Part shown: positions 11,461 through 24,125 of the stretch, one piece after another | Layout: every line of letters begins with the position of its first letter | How positions within the stretch are numbered: position 1 is the stretch's first letter | Source of the DNA: Mobula hypostoma | Lineage: Eukaryota | Length of the DNA: 64,000 nt | Assembly: GCF_963921235.1 (NCBI RefSeq) | Contig: NC_086097.1 | Coordinates: 185,692,001 to 185,756,000, forward strand | Direction of reading: 5' to 3' | Notes under the pieces: model-generated | Databases searched by the model: none | What the model was told of the DNA's origin: nothing | Seen by the model: only the letters and a program-made list of their open reading frames with translations | Translations under genes and position numbers: made by a program

Positions 11461-13834
11461 GGCTAGATTAGATCACTGGCGATGGTCAATGTGACAGGCA
11501 CCAAGGGATTTCTTCAGAGAGTCCTTGTACCTTTTCTTCGGTGCCCCTCTGTCACGGTAGCCAGTGGAGAGTTTGCTATACAGCACAATCTTGGGCAGGC
11601 GATGAACCTCCATCCTGGAGACGTGCCCTGCCCAGCGCATCTGCGTCTTCAACAGCATAGCATCAATGCCAGTGACTTCCGCCTGTTCGAGGACTTCGAT
11701 GTTGGTGACGGAAGTCACTCCAGTGGATGTTGAGAATGGTGCAGAGGCAGCACTAGTGGAAACGCTCAAGGAGTTGTAGGTGGTGATGGTAGGTGCCCCA
11801 CGACTCGGAGCCGTACAGGAGGGCGGTTAGTACAATGGCTCTGTTCATGCTGATCTTTGTGCCTTTCTTCAAATGCCTGTTGTTCCAGACTCTTTTGTAC
11901 AGCCTGCCGAATGCGCTGTTTGCCTTTGCCAGTCTGTTGTCAATCTCTTTGTCGATCTTGGCATCTGACGAGATGGTGCACCCCAAATAGCTGAACTGGT
12001 GGACTGTCTTCAGCTCTACTTCACCGATGGTGATATGAGGAGGGTGGTAATCTTCCTGAAGTGCGGGCTGATGGAGAACTTCTGTCTTCTTCAAACTGAC
12101 CTCCAGTCCGAAAAGCTCGGCAGCCTCTGCAAAGCAGGATGTTATGTGCTGCAGGGCTGTCTCTGTGTGGGCAACAAGGGCAGCATCGTCTGTGAAGAGT
12201 GACTCTTGGATGAGTTGCTCCAATGTCTTGGTGTGGGACTGTAATCGCCTCAGGTTGAACAGGCTGCCATTGGTGCGGTATCAGATGTAAACACTGTCCT
12301 TGTCATCAAGGTCTTCTGTGGCCTTTTCGAGCATCATGCTGAAGAAGATCGTGAAGAGAGTTGGCGCGAGGATGCAGCCTTGCTTTACTCCGTTGCCTAT
12401 TGGGAAGGGTTCTGAGAGGTCGTTGTTGTGTCTAATTTGGCCACGCTTATCTTCATGTAGCTGGATGACCATGCTGAAGAACTTTGGGGGGCATCCCAGT
12501 CGTTCCATAATTTGCCACAGACCTTCCCTGCTCACAGTGTCGAACGCTTTGGTAAGGTCGACAAATGTGACGTACAATCCCGTGTTCTGTTCCCTACATT
12601 TCTCTTGGAGCTGTCTGAGAACAAATACCATGTCGCTGGTGCTTCTGTTGGCTCTGAAGCCACACTGGCTCTCTGGGAGGTGTTCTTCTGCAATGATGGG
12701 CACCAATCTGTTCAGGAGTACTCTTGCGAGGATTTTTCCTGCGATAGAGAGCAGAGTTATCCCCCAGTAGTTGGAGCAGTGGGACTTCTCCTCCTTGTTC
12801 TTATACAAGGCGATGATGACTACATCATGGAGGTCCTGTGGTAGTTTACTTTGTTCCCAGCAGCAGACAAAGAACTCCTGGAGTTTGGTGTGTAACGCTG
12901 GGCCCCCATGCTTCCAAATCTCAGGTGGGATTCCATCAACTCCTGATGCCTTGCCACTTTTCAGCTGCTCTGTAGCCTTGACTGTCTTTTTTAGGGTTGG
13001 AATCTTATCCAGTTCTGTTTTCTCTGGCTGTTGTGGGATGCGATGAATTGCTGAGTCTTGGACCATGCAATTGGTGCCGAAGAGAGTCTGCAAATGTTCA
13101 AACCACCGGTTCAGGATGCACGCTTGTTTGTGAAGAGCGCCTGACCATCTGCACTGCGCAAGGGGCCCTGGACCTGGTGCGAAGGGCCGTACACTGCTCT
13201 CAGTGCTTCATAAAATCCTCTGTAGTCACCGGTGTCTGTGCAAAGCTGAGTTCTCTTTGCGAGGTTGGTCCACCACGTGTTCTGAATCTCTCGAAACTTG
13301 CGCTGGAGGTTGCGGCATACAAGGAGGAAGGCTGCTTTCTTGTCAGGACCAGACGGCTGAGCAAGGTGCGTCTGGTGGGCGGATCTCTTCTTTGCCAGCA
13401 GTTCTTGGATCTCGTGGTTGTTTTCATCGAACCAGTCCTTGTTCTTCTTTGTGGAAAACCCTGGGACTTCTTCAGAGATTTGCAGGATGGTGGTCTTTAG
13501 GTGTTTCCAAAGCACTTCTGGAGAGGAGTCTGTGGGGAAACTGGGATCCTGAAGCCTCGACTGAAGATTCGTCTGAAAGTCAGCTTTCACTTCAGCTGAC
13601 TGGGGGCTGCCAACCTGAAACTTCTTCCTTGGAGCGCTTCCTCTCTTTGGCTTGGGTTTGAAATGGAGGCTGAGTTTGCAGCGGACAAGACGATGATCCA
13701 TATGACACTCCACTGGGCCTCACTCGGGTGAGTAAGACATCCCGAAGGTCTCTCTGGCGCACCAAGATGTAGTCTATGAGGTGCCAATGCTTGGACCGAG
13801 GATGCATCCAGGTTGTCTTCAGTAGGAAGAGGTG

Positions 13835-13872
13835 CAGTCGACGTTTCAGGCCGAGACCCTTCGTCAGGACTA
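13835..13872 (-). ncRNA. Minimal hammerhead ribozyme motif
   Basis: UAGUC-CUGACGA-AGGGUCUCGGCCU-GAAAC-GUC-GACUG on the minus strand. Confidence 0.8.
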
Positions 13873-14639
13873 ACTGAAGGAAGAGTGAGTAAGGGATTTG
13901 AAAGTTGGAGGGGGAGGGGGAGATCCAAAATGATAGGAGAAGACAGGAGGGGGAGGGATAGAGCCAAGAGCTGGACAGGTGATAGGCAAAAGGGGATACG
14001 AGAGGATCATGGGACAGGAGGTCTGGGAAGAAAGACAAGGGGGGGGGACCCAGAAGATGGGCAAGAGGTATATTTAGAAGGACAGAGGGAGAAAAAGGAG
14101 AGTGAGAGAAAGCATGTGTGCATAAAAATAAGTAACAGATGGGGTATGGGGGGAGGTGGGGCCTTAGCGGAAGTTAGAGAAGTCGATGTTCATGCCATCA
14201 GGTTGGAGGCTACCCAGGCGGAATATCCACGGCCTCCTCTACTGTAAAGATGAAGCCACACTCAGGTTGGAGGAACAACACCTTATATTCCGTCTGGGTA
14301 GCCTCCAACCTGATGGCATGAACATCGACTTCTCTAACTTCCGCTAAGGCCCCACCTCCCCCTCATACCCCATCTGTTACTTATTTTTATGCACACATTC
14401 CTTCTCTCACTCTCCTTTTTCTCCCTCTGTCCCTCTAAATATACATTTTGCTCATCCTCTGGGTCCCCCCCCCTTGTCTTTCTTCCCGGACCCCCTATCC
14501 CATGATCCTCTCATATCCCCTTTTGCCTATCACCTGTCCAGCTCTTGGCTCTATCCCTCCCCCTCCTGTCTTCTCCTATCATTTTGGATCTCCCCCTCCC
14601 CCTCCAACTTTCAAATCCCTTACTCACTCTTCCTTCATT

Positions 14640-14677
14640 TAGTCCTGACGAAGGGTCTCGGCCTGAAACATCGACTG
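14640..14677 (+). ncRNA. Minimal hammerhead ribozyme motif (GAAAC-AUC variant)
   Basis: tagtc-ctgacga-agggtctcggcct-gaaac-atc-gactg. A CpG-type change (ACGT>ACAT) disrupts the stem III palindrome. Confidence 0.65.
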
Positions 14678-14895
14678 CACCTCTTCCTACAGATGCTGCT
14701 TGGCCTGCTGCGTTCACCAGCAACTTTGATGTGTGTTGATTGAATTTCCAGCATCTGCAGAATTCCTGTTGTTCAGGTTGTCTTCAGACTGTCTTTCTGC
14801 TGGAAAATGGTGTTAGTGATGGTGAGTTGCTGCTCCACACAAAACTCTAACAGAAGGCACCTGTTGTCGTTGCAGTTTCCAACACCATGTTTGTC

Positions 14896-15261
14896 TTTCT
14901 TTCTTTTTAAATCTTTTCATTAATTATTATTGAAAATCAACAACAGAGAAAAATACAACAAAATAATCAAGATAACATATCCATATGTAGAGTAAAAGTT
15001 AAACTATCAACCAGGCTGAACAGTATATCAATAATAATCAAAAAAATAAAGTATTAAAGCTTTTTTTTAATGGAAAAAAGGAAAGAAAGAAAAAAAGAAC
15101 CCCTACTAACTAAAACAGAGAAAACCCCTAACAACTTAAAAAAAAAAAAGGGAAAAGAAACCTATTTGGAGCACAGACCCGGAGCTATGTGCCATACAAG
15201 CTTCCATAAAAAAAGACATCAAACCGCCAACCAAATTCATATAACCAAGCATCAGAAAAGG
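14896..15261 (-). mobile_element. L1-clade 3'UTR fragment inserted in the RTE
   Basis: 12-bp TSD accatgtttgtc (14884-14895 / 15262-15273). Tail AAAAGATTTAAAAAGAAAGAAA matches the 3' end of the L1 at ~58256-58273; T-rich UTR. Confidence 0.8.
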
Positions 15262-16675
15262 ACCATGTTTGTCAAGTACTCCTTTCCAGGCTTCTGAATC
15301 TTGGCCTACTCTGGCATTGAAGTCACCAAGGATGAAGACCTTGTCGTCTGCAGGGGCGTTGTATACGAGGTTGCGCAGATCAGTGTAAAACTTGTCCTTT
15401 TCTGCAGAATCCGCTTGAAGAGTGGGGGTGTACACGCTGAAGAATGTGGCATGCTGCTTGTTTCGAAGTGGGAGGCGCATGGAGATGATGTGGTCAGAGT
15501 GACCCGTTGGCAATTTTTCAAGTTTGGAGGCAATGGAGCTCCTGACCATAAAGCCAACGCCACAAAGGCGTCTCTAAGTCTCTGGCTTGCCCGACCAGTA
15601 GAGAGTGTAGCCGGCACCATGATCTTGAAGGTAGCCTTCCTCTGGGAAGTGGACTTCACTGAGAGCAGCGATGTCGACATTCAGTCTTGAAAGTTCATGC
15701 ACAACCATAGAGCGGAGCGTGGTTCTGGGGGACCACTGTCTGCTGTATTGAGCATGGTTCTGATGTTCCAGCATGGAGCTTTAGTCCTTGCACTCCTTTG
15801 AGGCAGGTGTGTACCTTTTCTTTTTTGTTATTGTTTGACTGCATTAGAGGATGCCTGTTAACCGCGGCGAGCCAACTGGGGGAAATGGAAATGAGCTTTG
15901 GTTAGGCCACCTTTTCTAGGCCCCTCTCTGTGCGGAGCAAGCAGTGCTGTCCCTAGAGAAGGCTGCTTGGTCTTTCAGGGTGCTGCCGAATGATATCGTC
16001 GTCTCCAGGGTCAACATCAGACGACCCATACACCTGAACCGCCTGCATGCAGGATTGGAACTGTGGCTTCCAGTGTCATCTTCCACCTGCTGTTTTCTCC
16101 CATTTCCCATCGCTGCAGGGCTTGATGAATGGTCAGGGAGGGTGGTCATAGACGTGGGCCTGTCCTTCAGCCTGCGCAATGGTATTTTAGGTGGAGTGCA
16201 GTGTGCGTGATATTGGCCCCACCCTTTACTCCGGGGGTTCATCTGCCATAGCCTAGCAAACTGGGACGGTGACAGCGAGGTCTTCGGGTCATAGGATTTA
16301 CGTCGGAGTGTCCTTCTCCAAGGTGGATGGCCTGACAAGGCTAATGAGTCCCATCTGCCCGGGTTTGGAGTCAGAGTTGTCCTTCTCATAGGCTGGCTGC
16401 CAACCACGGCTGACGAGCCCAGCCTACTCATCCAGTTATACTGCCGGACGCTCAGTCGCACCATGACGTAGCAAGCTCGGTGGAAATGGGGGCACCAACG
16501 AGAAGGTGTTGCTATGGATGCTGTAATGTAGGAGAGGCCATTTGCAGTGGCATCCTGACTAGTCGACCAAACAGTGACCATGCAGCGATCACTACACCGA
16601 GAAAGGAGAGACGATGTATTGTGCGTTCACTTTCCCTGGGTGAGTGGGACGTCAGGCCCAGACCTCACCTGCCCC

Positions 16676-17965
16676 CCTCAATGACTATCGCACAGTTGAA
16701 CTCACATTTCCTGTGATGAAGTGCTTTGAGAGGTTGGTTGTTGGTCAGAATCAATTCCTGCCTTAGCAAGGACTTGGACCCACAATAATTTGCCTATTGC
16801 CGCAGTAGGTCCACAGCAGATGCAAATTTATTGGCTCTCCACTAGACCTTGGATCACCAGAACAACAGCAATACCTACATCATGCTGTTTATTGATTACA
16901 GCTCAGTGTTCAACACAATCATACCCTCAGTTCATATCAACAAGCTCCAAAACCTGTGCCTCTGCAACTGGATCCTTGACTTCCTCATCAGGAGACCACA
17001 ATCAGTGCGGATCAGAAATATTGTCTCCTACTGACTGATAATCAACACTGATGCACCTCAAGGTTGTGTGTTCGCCCACTGTTCTACGCTTTCTACATTC
17101 ATGATTCTGTGGCTAGGCACAGCTCAAATGCTATCTATAAATTTGCTAATGACACAACTGTGGTTTGCTGAATTTCAGACGGTCATGAGGAGGCATACAT
17201 CAGCTCATTGAGTGGTGTCACAACAACAATCTTGCACAGGATGTCAGTCAGACCAAGGAATTGATTGTGGACTTCAGGAAAGGGAAATCAAGGGAACATA
17301 CACCAGACCTCATTGAGGGATCAGCAGTGGAAAGGGTGAGCAGTTTCAAGTTCCTGTGTGTCAACATCTCTGAAGATATATCCTGGGCCCAACATATCGA
17401 TACAACTACAAAGAAAGCACAACACCAGCTATATTTCATTAGGAGTTTGACAAGACTTGGTGCATCGCCAAAGACTCTTGCAAATTTCTAAAGGTGTGCT
17501 GTGGAGAGCACTCTATCTGGTTGCATTACCTTCTGGTATGGAAGGGCCACTGTACAGGTTCGGAGAAAGTTGTAAACTCAGCCAGCTCCATCATGGGCAC
17601 TAGCTTTCCCAGCATTTAGACCACCTTAAAAAGGCGATGCCTCAAAAAGGTGACATCCCCAACACCCAGGATATGCCTTCTTCTGATCGCTACCATCAAG
17701 GAGGAGATACAGGAACTTAAAGACACACTTGATGTTTCACGAACAGCTTCCTCCAGTCTGCCATCAGATTTCTGAATAAACAATAAACCTATGTACATTA
17801 TCTCACTTTTTCTTTCGCTGTCTTTTTGCACTACTTGATTTAATTTTTAAAATATATACTGTATTTATTGTAATTTAGTGTTATTATGTATTGCAGTGTA
17901 CTGTTACCATAAAATAATGAATTTCATGACATATGCCAGTGATATTAAACCTGATTCTTATTCTG
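16676..17965 (+). mobile_element. Rex1/Babar LINE, RT and 3' end
   Basis: [54 protein letters not shown] and FKFL motifs; tail attaaacctgattc. Confidence 0.85.
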
Positions 17966-18484
17966 TACAATAGAGATTTAGTTTAATGCCTTGTCAAAGC
18001 AAAGCTCACTCAACAGGACACAACTTCCATGCTGTACTAAGTGTCAGCATAAATTTTGCACTCCTATGATTTATAATCTTGACTGATTAATCTTGAAATA
18101 ATGTATGCTATTCTAATCCTTGTGTTTGTAGCTATTGAAGGGAAAGGAAAGACTTGTATTTGCAGAGCAATTTTCGCATCCCTTTCTCAATGTTTAATCA
18201 TCATTGATTTACTTTTGAAGTATTGTTGCTGCAAGAATAAAGAGGATTTACCAGGCAACTCGCCCCATAGCAAACTCCAAGAGATAATTGAGTGATAATG
18301 ACTAGATTAATGTAATTTAATAATCATGCACAAGGTGCAAAGAATGACAAGGATGTTTGGCTGACTCTTCTGCTTTTCTTAAATAAACTTGAGTTTTTTT
18401 TTCCCCAGCTGAGAGTAGACAACCTTTTGATTGAACATCATTATTAGTCTTCTATTAGTGCAAAACTGCATTACAATTTAAGCC

Positions 18485-18618
18485 CAGTCCTGAGGAAGGG
18501 TCTTGGTCTGAAACATCGACTGTTCATTTTCGTAGATGCTTCCCGACCTGCTGAGTTCCTGCAGCATTTTGTGTCTGTTGCTCTGGATTTCCAGCATCTG
18601 CAGAATATCTTGTATTTA
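18485..18618 (+). mobile_element. Penelope pLTR fragment with hammerhead-like core
   Basis: cagtc-ctgagga-agggtcttggtct-gaaac-atc-gactg followed by the family 3' end (ggatttccagcatctgcaga). Confidence 0.75.
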
Positions 18619-20014
18619 TAGTGGGCCTTAAACTCAAGTGCTTCTCACATTAGCCTTAACCTTATCTTGTATAAAGATTTTCCAGAAAGTTTGAGAGGAT
18701 GGAAAACTGAATTGAAGAAAAAATAATATTTTGTGCTTTTCCCTACTGGAAAAGCTGAGAGTTAAAATGATTGCTATTTTTCTTTGAGGATTCTGCATGA
18801 AGTATTATTGATATTACTCCATCTTGACCAGAGTGATAAACCAGAGAACATGACTATTCCTGAAGAGTTTAAGTTCAAACTAATTTAAGACTCAAGGTTG
18901 TTTCACTATTCCAGTACACTAGTGTAAAGGAGAACAAAAAAATTGTTACACTAGATCTGACACAGTATAAAAAAAATAATAAAAAAGTCACAATAAATAT
19001 AAGCACATTGATTGTATTTCCATAAAATGACGCTTGGTACAGGAGTGTCTGTACATAAGGTTACTGTCGGGAACTGATGACATAGTGGGGGGGAAGTGTG
19101 GTGATGAAACATACTGAATGCACAATGTATATCTATTATTGATTTATTTGGGAGATGGTGAATGATTTTTCACTAAAATTTCCCACGTTATGTATGTTAT
19201 GGGGTGGTGAGTATTGGGAAGACTTATTTGGTCTACCATGAAATTAGTTTAACAGTAGAGTATGATTGTTCTTATGCAGAGTCATGACCTAAAGTGTCGA
19301 CACCTCCCTCACCCCCACACAGATGTTGCTAGACATTATATGCTATAAATTTGATTATTTTGTATTTAGAAATGTGCAGTTCAAACATGTAACAACTATT
19401 ATTAAACATTTGAATCTTTTGGTCAGATGGTTCATTATTATTTGATATATTGATACTTCACAGTGTTTGCATCATACATACAATGGTTTAATACTTTCGA
19501 CAATGTGCAATTTATTTATATTTAAATGTTTTTGTCTTCACTGCCCTTTAGTGAGGTTGACTAGTGAGATATAATTAGACCATAAGACGCAGGAGTAGAA
19601 TTAGTCCATTTGGCCCTTCGAGTCTGCTCCACCATTCAATTGTGGCTGATCCTTTTTTTCCCCTCCTTATCCCCACTTGCCAGCCTTCTTCCTGAAACCT
19701 TTGATGCTGTCGCCAATCAAGAGCCTATCAATCTCCACCTTAAATGCATCCAACGACCTGGCTTCCACAACTACCTGTGGTAACAAATTCACTATCCTCT
19801 GGCTAAAGAAATTTCTCCGCATCTCTGTTTTAAATGTCACCCCTCTATCCTGAGGCTGTTCCCTCTTGTCCTAGGCTCCTCCACCATGGGAAATATCCTT
19901 TCCACATCTACTCTGTCTCAACCTTTCAACATTTGAAAGGTTTCAATGAGATTCCGCCCCCCCCCATTCCATCTAAGTTCCAGCAAATACAGGTCATCAA
20001 CTGTTTCTTGTATG

Positions 20015-21358
20015 AATCAGAATCAAGTTTATTATCAGAAACATGTGCCGTGAAATTTGTTAACTTAGCAGCAGCAGTTCAATGCAGTACATAATATAGC
20101 AGTAAAAATAATAAATAAGTAAATCAATTACAGTGTACATATATTGAATAGATTAAAAATCATGCAAAAACAGAAATAATATATATTTAAAAAGTGAGGT
20201 AGTATTCACGGGTTCAATGTCCATTTAGGAATTGGATGGCAGAGGGGAAGAAGCTGTTCCTGAATCGCTGAGTGTGTGCCTTTAGGCTTCTGTACCTCCT
20301 ACATGATGGTAACAGTGAGAAAAGGCCATCCCTGGGTGCTGGGGTTCCTTAATAATGGACACTGCCTTTCTGAGACACCACTCCTTGAAGATGTTTGAAG
20401 ATGTCCTAGGTACTTAGCAGGCTAGTACCCAAGATGAGCTGACTAAATTTATGACCCTCTGCAGCTTCTTTCAGTCCTGTACAGCTGCACCCATTTCCGC
20501 CCCCCCCCCGCCGCACCCTGACACCAGACAGTGATGCAGCCTGTCACAATGCTCTCCATGGTACATCTATAAAAGTTTTTGAATGTTTTTGTTGACATAC
20601 CAAATCTCTTCAAACTCCTAATGAAGTATAGTCGTTGCCTTGTCTTCTTTATAGCTGCATCGATATGTTGGGACCAGGTTAGGTCCTCAGAGACCTTGAC
20701 ACCCAGGAACTTGAAACTGCTCACTCTCTCCACTTCTGGTCCCTCTATGAGGATTGGTATGTGTTCCTTCGTCTTACCCTTCCTGAACTCCACAATCAGC
20801 TTTTTCGTCTTACTGACATTGAGTACAACGTTATTGCTGTGACACCACTCCACTATTTGGCATATCTCACTCTTCTATGCCCTTTTGTCTCCATCTAAGA
20901 TTGTATTATCAGCAAATTTATAGATGGTATTTGAGCTATGCCTAACCACACAGTCATGTATATATAGAAAGTAGAACAGTGGGCTAAGCACACACCCCTG
21001 AGGTGCACCAGTATTGATCGTCAGCGAGGAGGAGATATCATCACCAATTGGCATAGATTGCAGCCTTCCGGTTAAGAAGTTGAGGATCCAATTTTAGAGG
21101 GGGGGGGGTACAGAGACCCAGGTTCTGCAACTTCTCACTCAGGATTGTGGGAATGATGGTGTTAAATGCTGAGCTATAGTCGATGAACAGCATCCTGACA
21201 TGTTCTGTCCAGGTTGTCTAAGGCTGTGTGAAGAGCCATTGAGATTGTTTTGCAGTTGACCTGCTGTGGTGATAGGCAAATTACTGAGGCAGGAGTTCAG
21301 CCTAGACATGACCAACCTCTCAGAGCATTTCATCACTGTAGATGTGAGTGCTCTGGGT
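20015..21358 (-). mobile_element. 5'-truncated Rex1/Babar LINE
   Basis: ORF 20449-20853 EWCHSNN..LNVSKTKKLIV.FRK..VSSFKFLGV..LYFIRSLKRFG..FYRCTMES; (ATTCTG) tail at 20015. Confidence 0.88.
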
Positions 21359-21676
21359 TATAACCCTTTCATTCCCAGAATCATCCTTGTAAATTCCTCT
21401 GAACCCTCTTCAATGCCAGCACATCTTTTCTTAGATAAGGAGCCCAAAACCATTCACAAAACTCAAGGTGAGGCCTCATCAGTACCTTATAGAGCCTCAG
21501 AATCATATCCCTGCTCTTATATTATAGACCTCTTGAAATGAATACTAACATTGTATTTGTTTTCTTCATCACCAACTCAACCTGCAAGTTAACCTTTAGG
21601 GTGTTCTGCACAAGGACTACCAAGTCCCTTTGCATCTCAGAATTTTGGATTTTCTCCCCATTTAGAAAATAGTCTG

Positions 21677-21964
21677 TGTTGTAATGTGAGCTTTAAAAAT
21701 ATAAGTTAATACTAATTAGGATAATGGTAATATAGCAAAACTCCTGCTAGGGGAAGCTGTTTGTAAGGAGAGGCTGGTTCCAGGGTTGGGGGGTTTTTAC
21801 TTCCATTTCCTTGTCTGGTGTGCATGTGTATAGTTTCTCTGCCATGTAGTACAGTTCAGTGAAAGCCTCTGTATGTAACTATCGGTTTTGCCGTCCCAGA
21901 TAAAGTTGTTTCCCTTGGGCATGAGGTTGTTGAGTGGTCGTTTTTCAAAGTAGAAGTTAACACA
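21677..21964. mobile_element. Probable solo LTR (288 bp)
   Basis: TG...CA ends (TGTTGTAA..TTAACACA) and 5-bp TSD gtctg/gtttg. The flanking CR1 rejoins across it. Confidence 0.65.
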
Positions 21965-24125
21965 GTTTGCACATTCATTTTGTCTACCAAAGTGCATGAC
22001 TATGCATTGTATTTCATTTGCTACTTTCTTGCCCATTCTCTTAATCTGTCTAAATCCTTCTGCTGTCTTCCTGTTTCCTCAACACTACCTGCCCCTCCAC
22101 CAATCTTTGCATCATCTGCAAACTTGGCAACAAAGCCATCTATTCCATCATCTAAATCATTGATATACAGCATAAAAAGAAGTGGTCTGACATCGATCTT
22201 TGCGGAACATCTCTAGTCACTAGCAGCCAACCAGGAAAGGATTCTTTTATTCCCATTTGTTGCCTCCTACCAATCAGCGAATGTCCTAACCATACCAGTA
22301 ACTTTCCTGTAAAACCATGGGCTCTTAACCTGCCTCATGTGTTGCACCTTGTCAAAGGCCTTCTGAAAATTCAAACATATAACATCCACAGCATCCTCTT
22401 TATCCATCTTAAATGTAATCTCCTCAAAGAATTCCAATAGGTTCAGCAGGCAAGATTTTCCCTGAAGGAAACTATGCTGATTTTGTCTTATCTTGTCCTG
22501 TATCCCCAAGTATTCCATAACTTCATCCTTAACAATTGGCTCTAAAATTTTCCCAACTAGAGGTCAGACAGTTTCCTTTCTGCTGCCTCCCTCCTTTCTT
22601 AAAGAGTGGAATGGCATTTTCAATTTTCCAGTCCTCTGGCACCGTGCCAGAGTCTAGCGGTTCTTGAAAGATCATTACTAATGCCTCCACAATCTCTACC
22701 ACTATCCCTGTCAGAACCTTAGGGTGCCGTTCCTCTGGCCCGGGTGACTTATGTACCTTAGGTCTTTCAGCTTTTTGAGTACCTCTCCCTTGTAATAGTA
22801 ACTGCACTCACTCCTCCTCTCTCACACCCTTCAACATCTGGCACACTGCTAGTGTCTTCCACAGCAAAGACTGATGCAATATACTGAGTTAGTTCATCTG
22901 CCATCTCCTTGTCCCTTGTTATTATTTCTCTGGCCTCCTTTTTAGCAGTCCTATATCCACTCTCAGCTCTCCTTTATCTTTTATATACTTGAAGTATCTT
23001 TTTTATCCACCTTGATATTGTTTCATAGCTTGCTTTCATATTTCATCTCTTCCCTCCTGATAATTCTTTTAGTTGCTTTCTGTAGGTTTTTAAAAGTTAC
23101 CCACCTCCGCCTACCCCTATTTTTTGCTTTGTTGTATGCTCTCTTTTGCTTTTACATTAGCGTTGACTTTCCTTGTCAGCCACAGTTGTACTATTTTGCC
23201 ATTTGAGTATTTCTTTATTTTTGGAATACATCTATCCTGCAGCTTCCTCATTTCCCCCCAGAAACTCAAGCCATTGCTGCTCTGCTGTCATCCCTGCCAG
23301 CATCTCCATTCAATCTACTTTGGCCAACTCCTTTCTCATACCGCCATAATTTCTTTTACTCTGCTGAAATACTGCTACATCAGACTTTACCTTCTCCCTA
23401 TCAGATTTAAAGTTGAACTCAATCATATTGTGATCACCATCACCTAAGGGTTCCTTTACCTTAAGCTCCCTAATTGCCTCTGGATTATAACACCCAGTCC
23501 AGTATAACTAACCTTGTAAGAACTCTAGAAATTTCCTCTCCTGTCTTCCAACACCAGCATAGTTTTCCCAGTCTACCTGCTTATTGAAGTCCCCCAGGAC
23601 TATTATAACATTGCCCTTTTGGCATGTATTTTCTATATCCCATTGTAATTTGTAGGCAACATCCTTATTACTATTTGGGGGTCTGTATACAACTCTCATT
23701 AGGATCTTTTTACCCTTGCAGTTTCTTAAATCTATCCAGAACGGTTCAATACCTTCCAACCCTATGATATTTTCTGAAAATGTGTTACTCCAGCTGTGGT
23801 AATGAATTCCTTTGATTTTCATTCTCTGTGAAAAGGCAAAAGAAATGGGTTAAGATAATCATAAATACTAGAATTCTTTATTTTTTGGTTTTGCACTGAT
23901 CATAATCTAGGAGAGATGTATTCTATAAAGGCAAAAGCACAAAAATATTAAAAGGAACACTGATTTCAAAATCACTAGAATCTAATCCTGAAATTTGTAC
24001 TTTGAATTATTTGAAAATTTTTAAAAAGTCCAGAATTTACATTGAAGAATGTTTGAAGGCAGTAATCAATAAAATGTAGATTTATTGTGTCAGTAAAACT
24101 TACATAACCATGCATAAATTGTTTT

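Larger units (their letters stand above)
13823..14773 (+). mobile_element. 5'-truncated Penelope-like element with inverted pseudo-LTR copy
   Basis: 14-bp TSD caggttgtcttcag (13809-13822 / 14774-14787). 14231-14347 encodes GLLYCKDEATLRLEEQHLIFRLGSLQPDGMNIDFSNFR* (GIY-YIG C-terminus). ~400-bp inverted arms at 13823-14226 / 14285-14689. Confidence 0.92.
11461..16675 (-). mobile_element. Near full-length RTE-clade LINE (5'UTR, APE endonuclease, RT; frameshifted, 3' end truncated)
   Basis: EN motifs (WNIRT, DIAALSEV, ILGDFNARVG, IDYILVR, DHRLV) and RT motifs (GITLLSIAGKIL, ESQCGFR, VDLTKAFDTV, GVKQGCILAP, FTDD, YLG, RWAGHV). Hosts Penelope and L1 insertions. Confidence 0.92.
19576..23766 (-). 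mobile_element. CR1 LINE ORF2 (EN-RT-3'UTR), interrupted by Rex1 and a solo LTR
   Basis: EN motifs VVYRPPNS and LGDFN; RT motifs KSPGP, VPEDWK, KSCL.NLLEFFE and FQKAFDKV; tail (gaccataa) at ~19576. Confidence 0.88.

Noticed and set aside
15916..16581. 221-aa ORF upstream of the RTE endonuclease
   Set aside because: Non-ATG start within a GC-rich 5'UTR and no domain signature; not supportable as an ORF1.
19552..19563. 12-nt micro-exon candidate (ctttag|TGAGGTTGACTA|gtgaga)
   Set aside because: Phase fits exons 1-2, but joining it to exon 2 creates an in-frame TAG.
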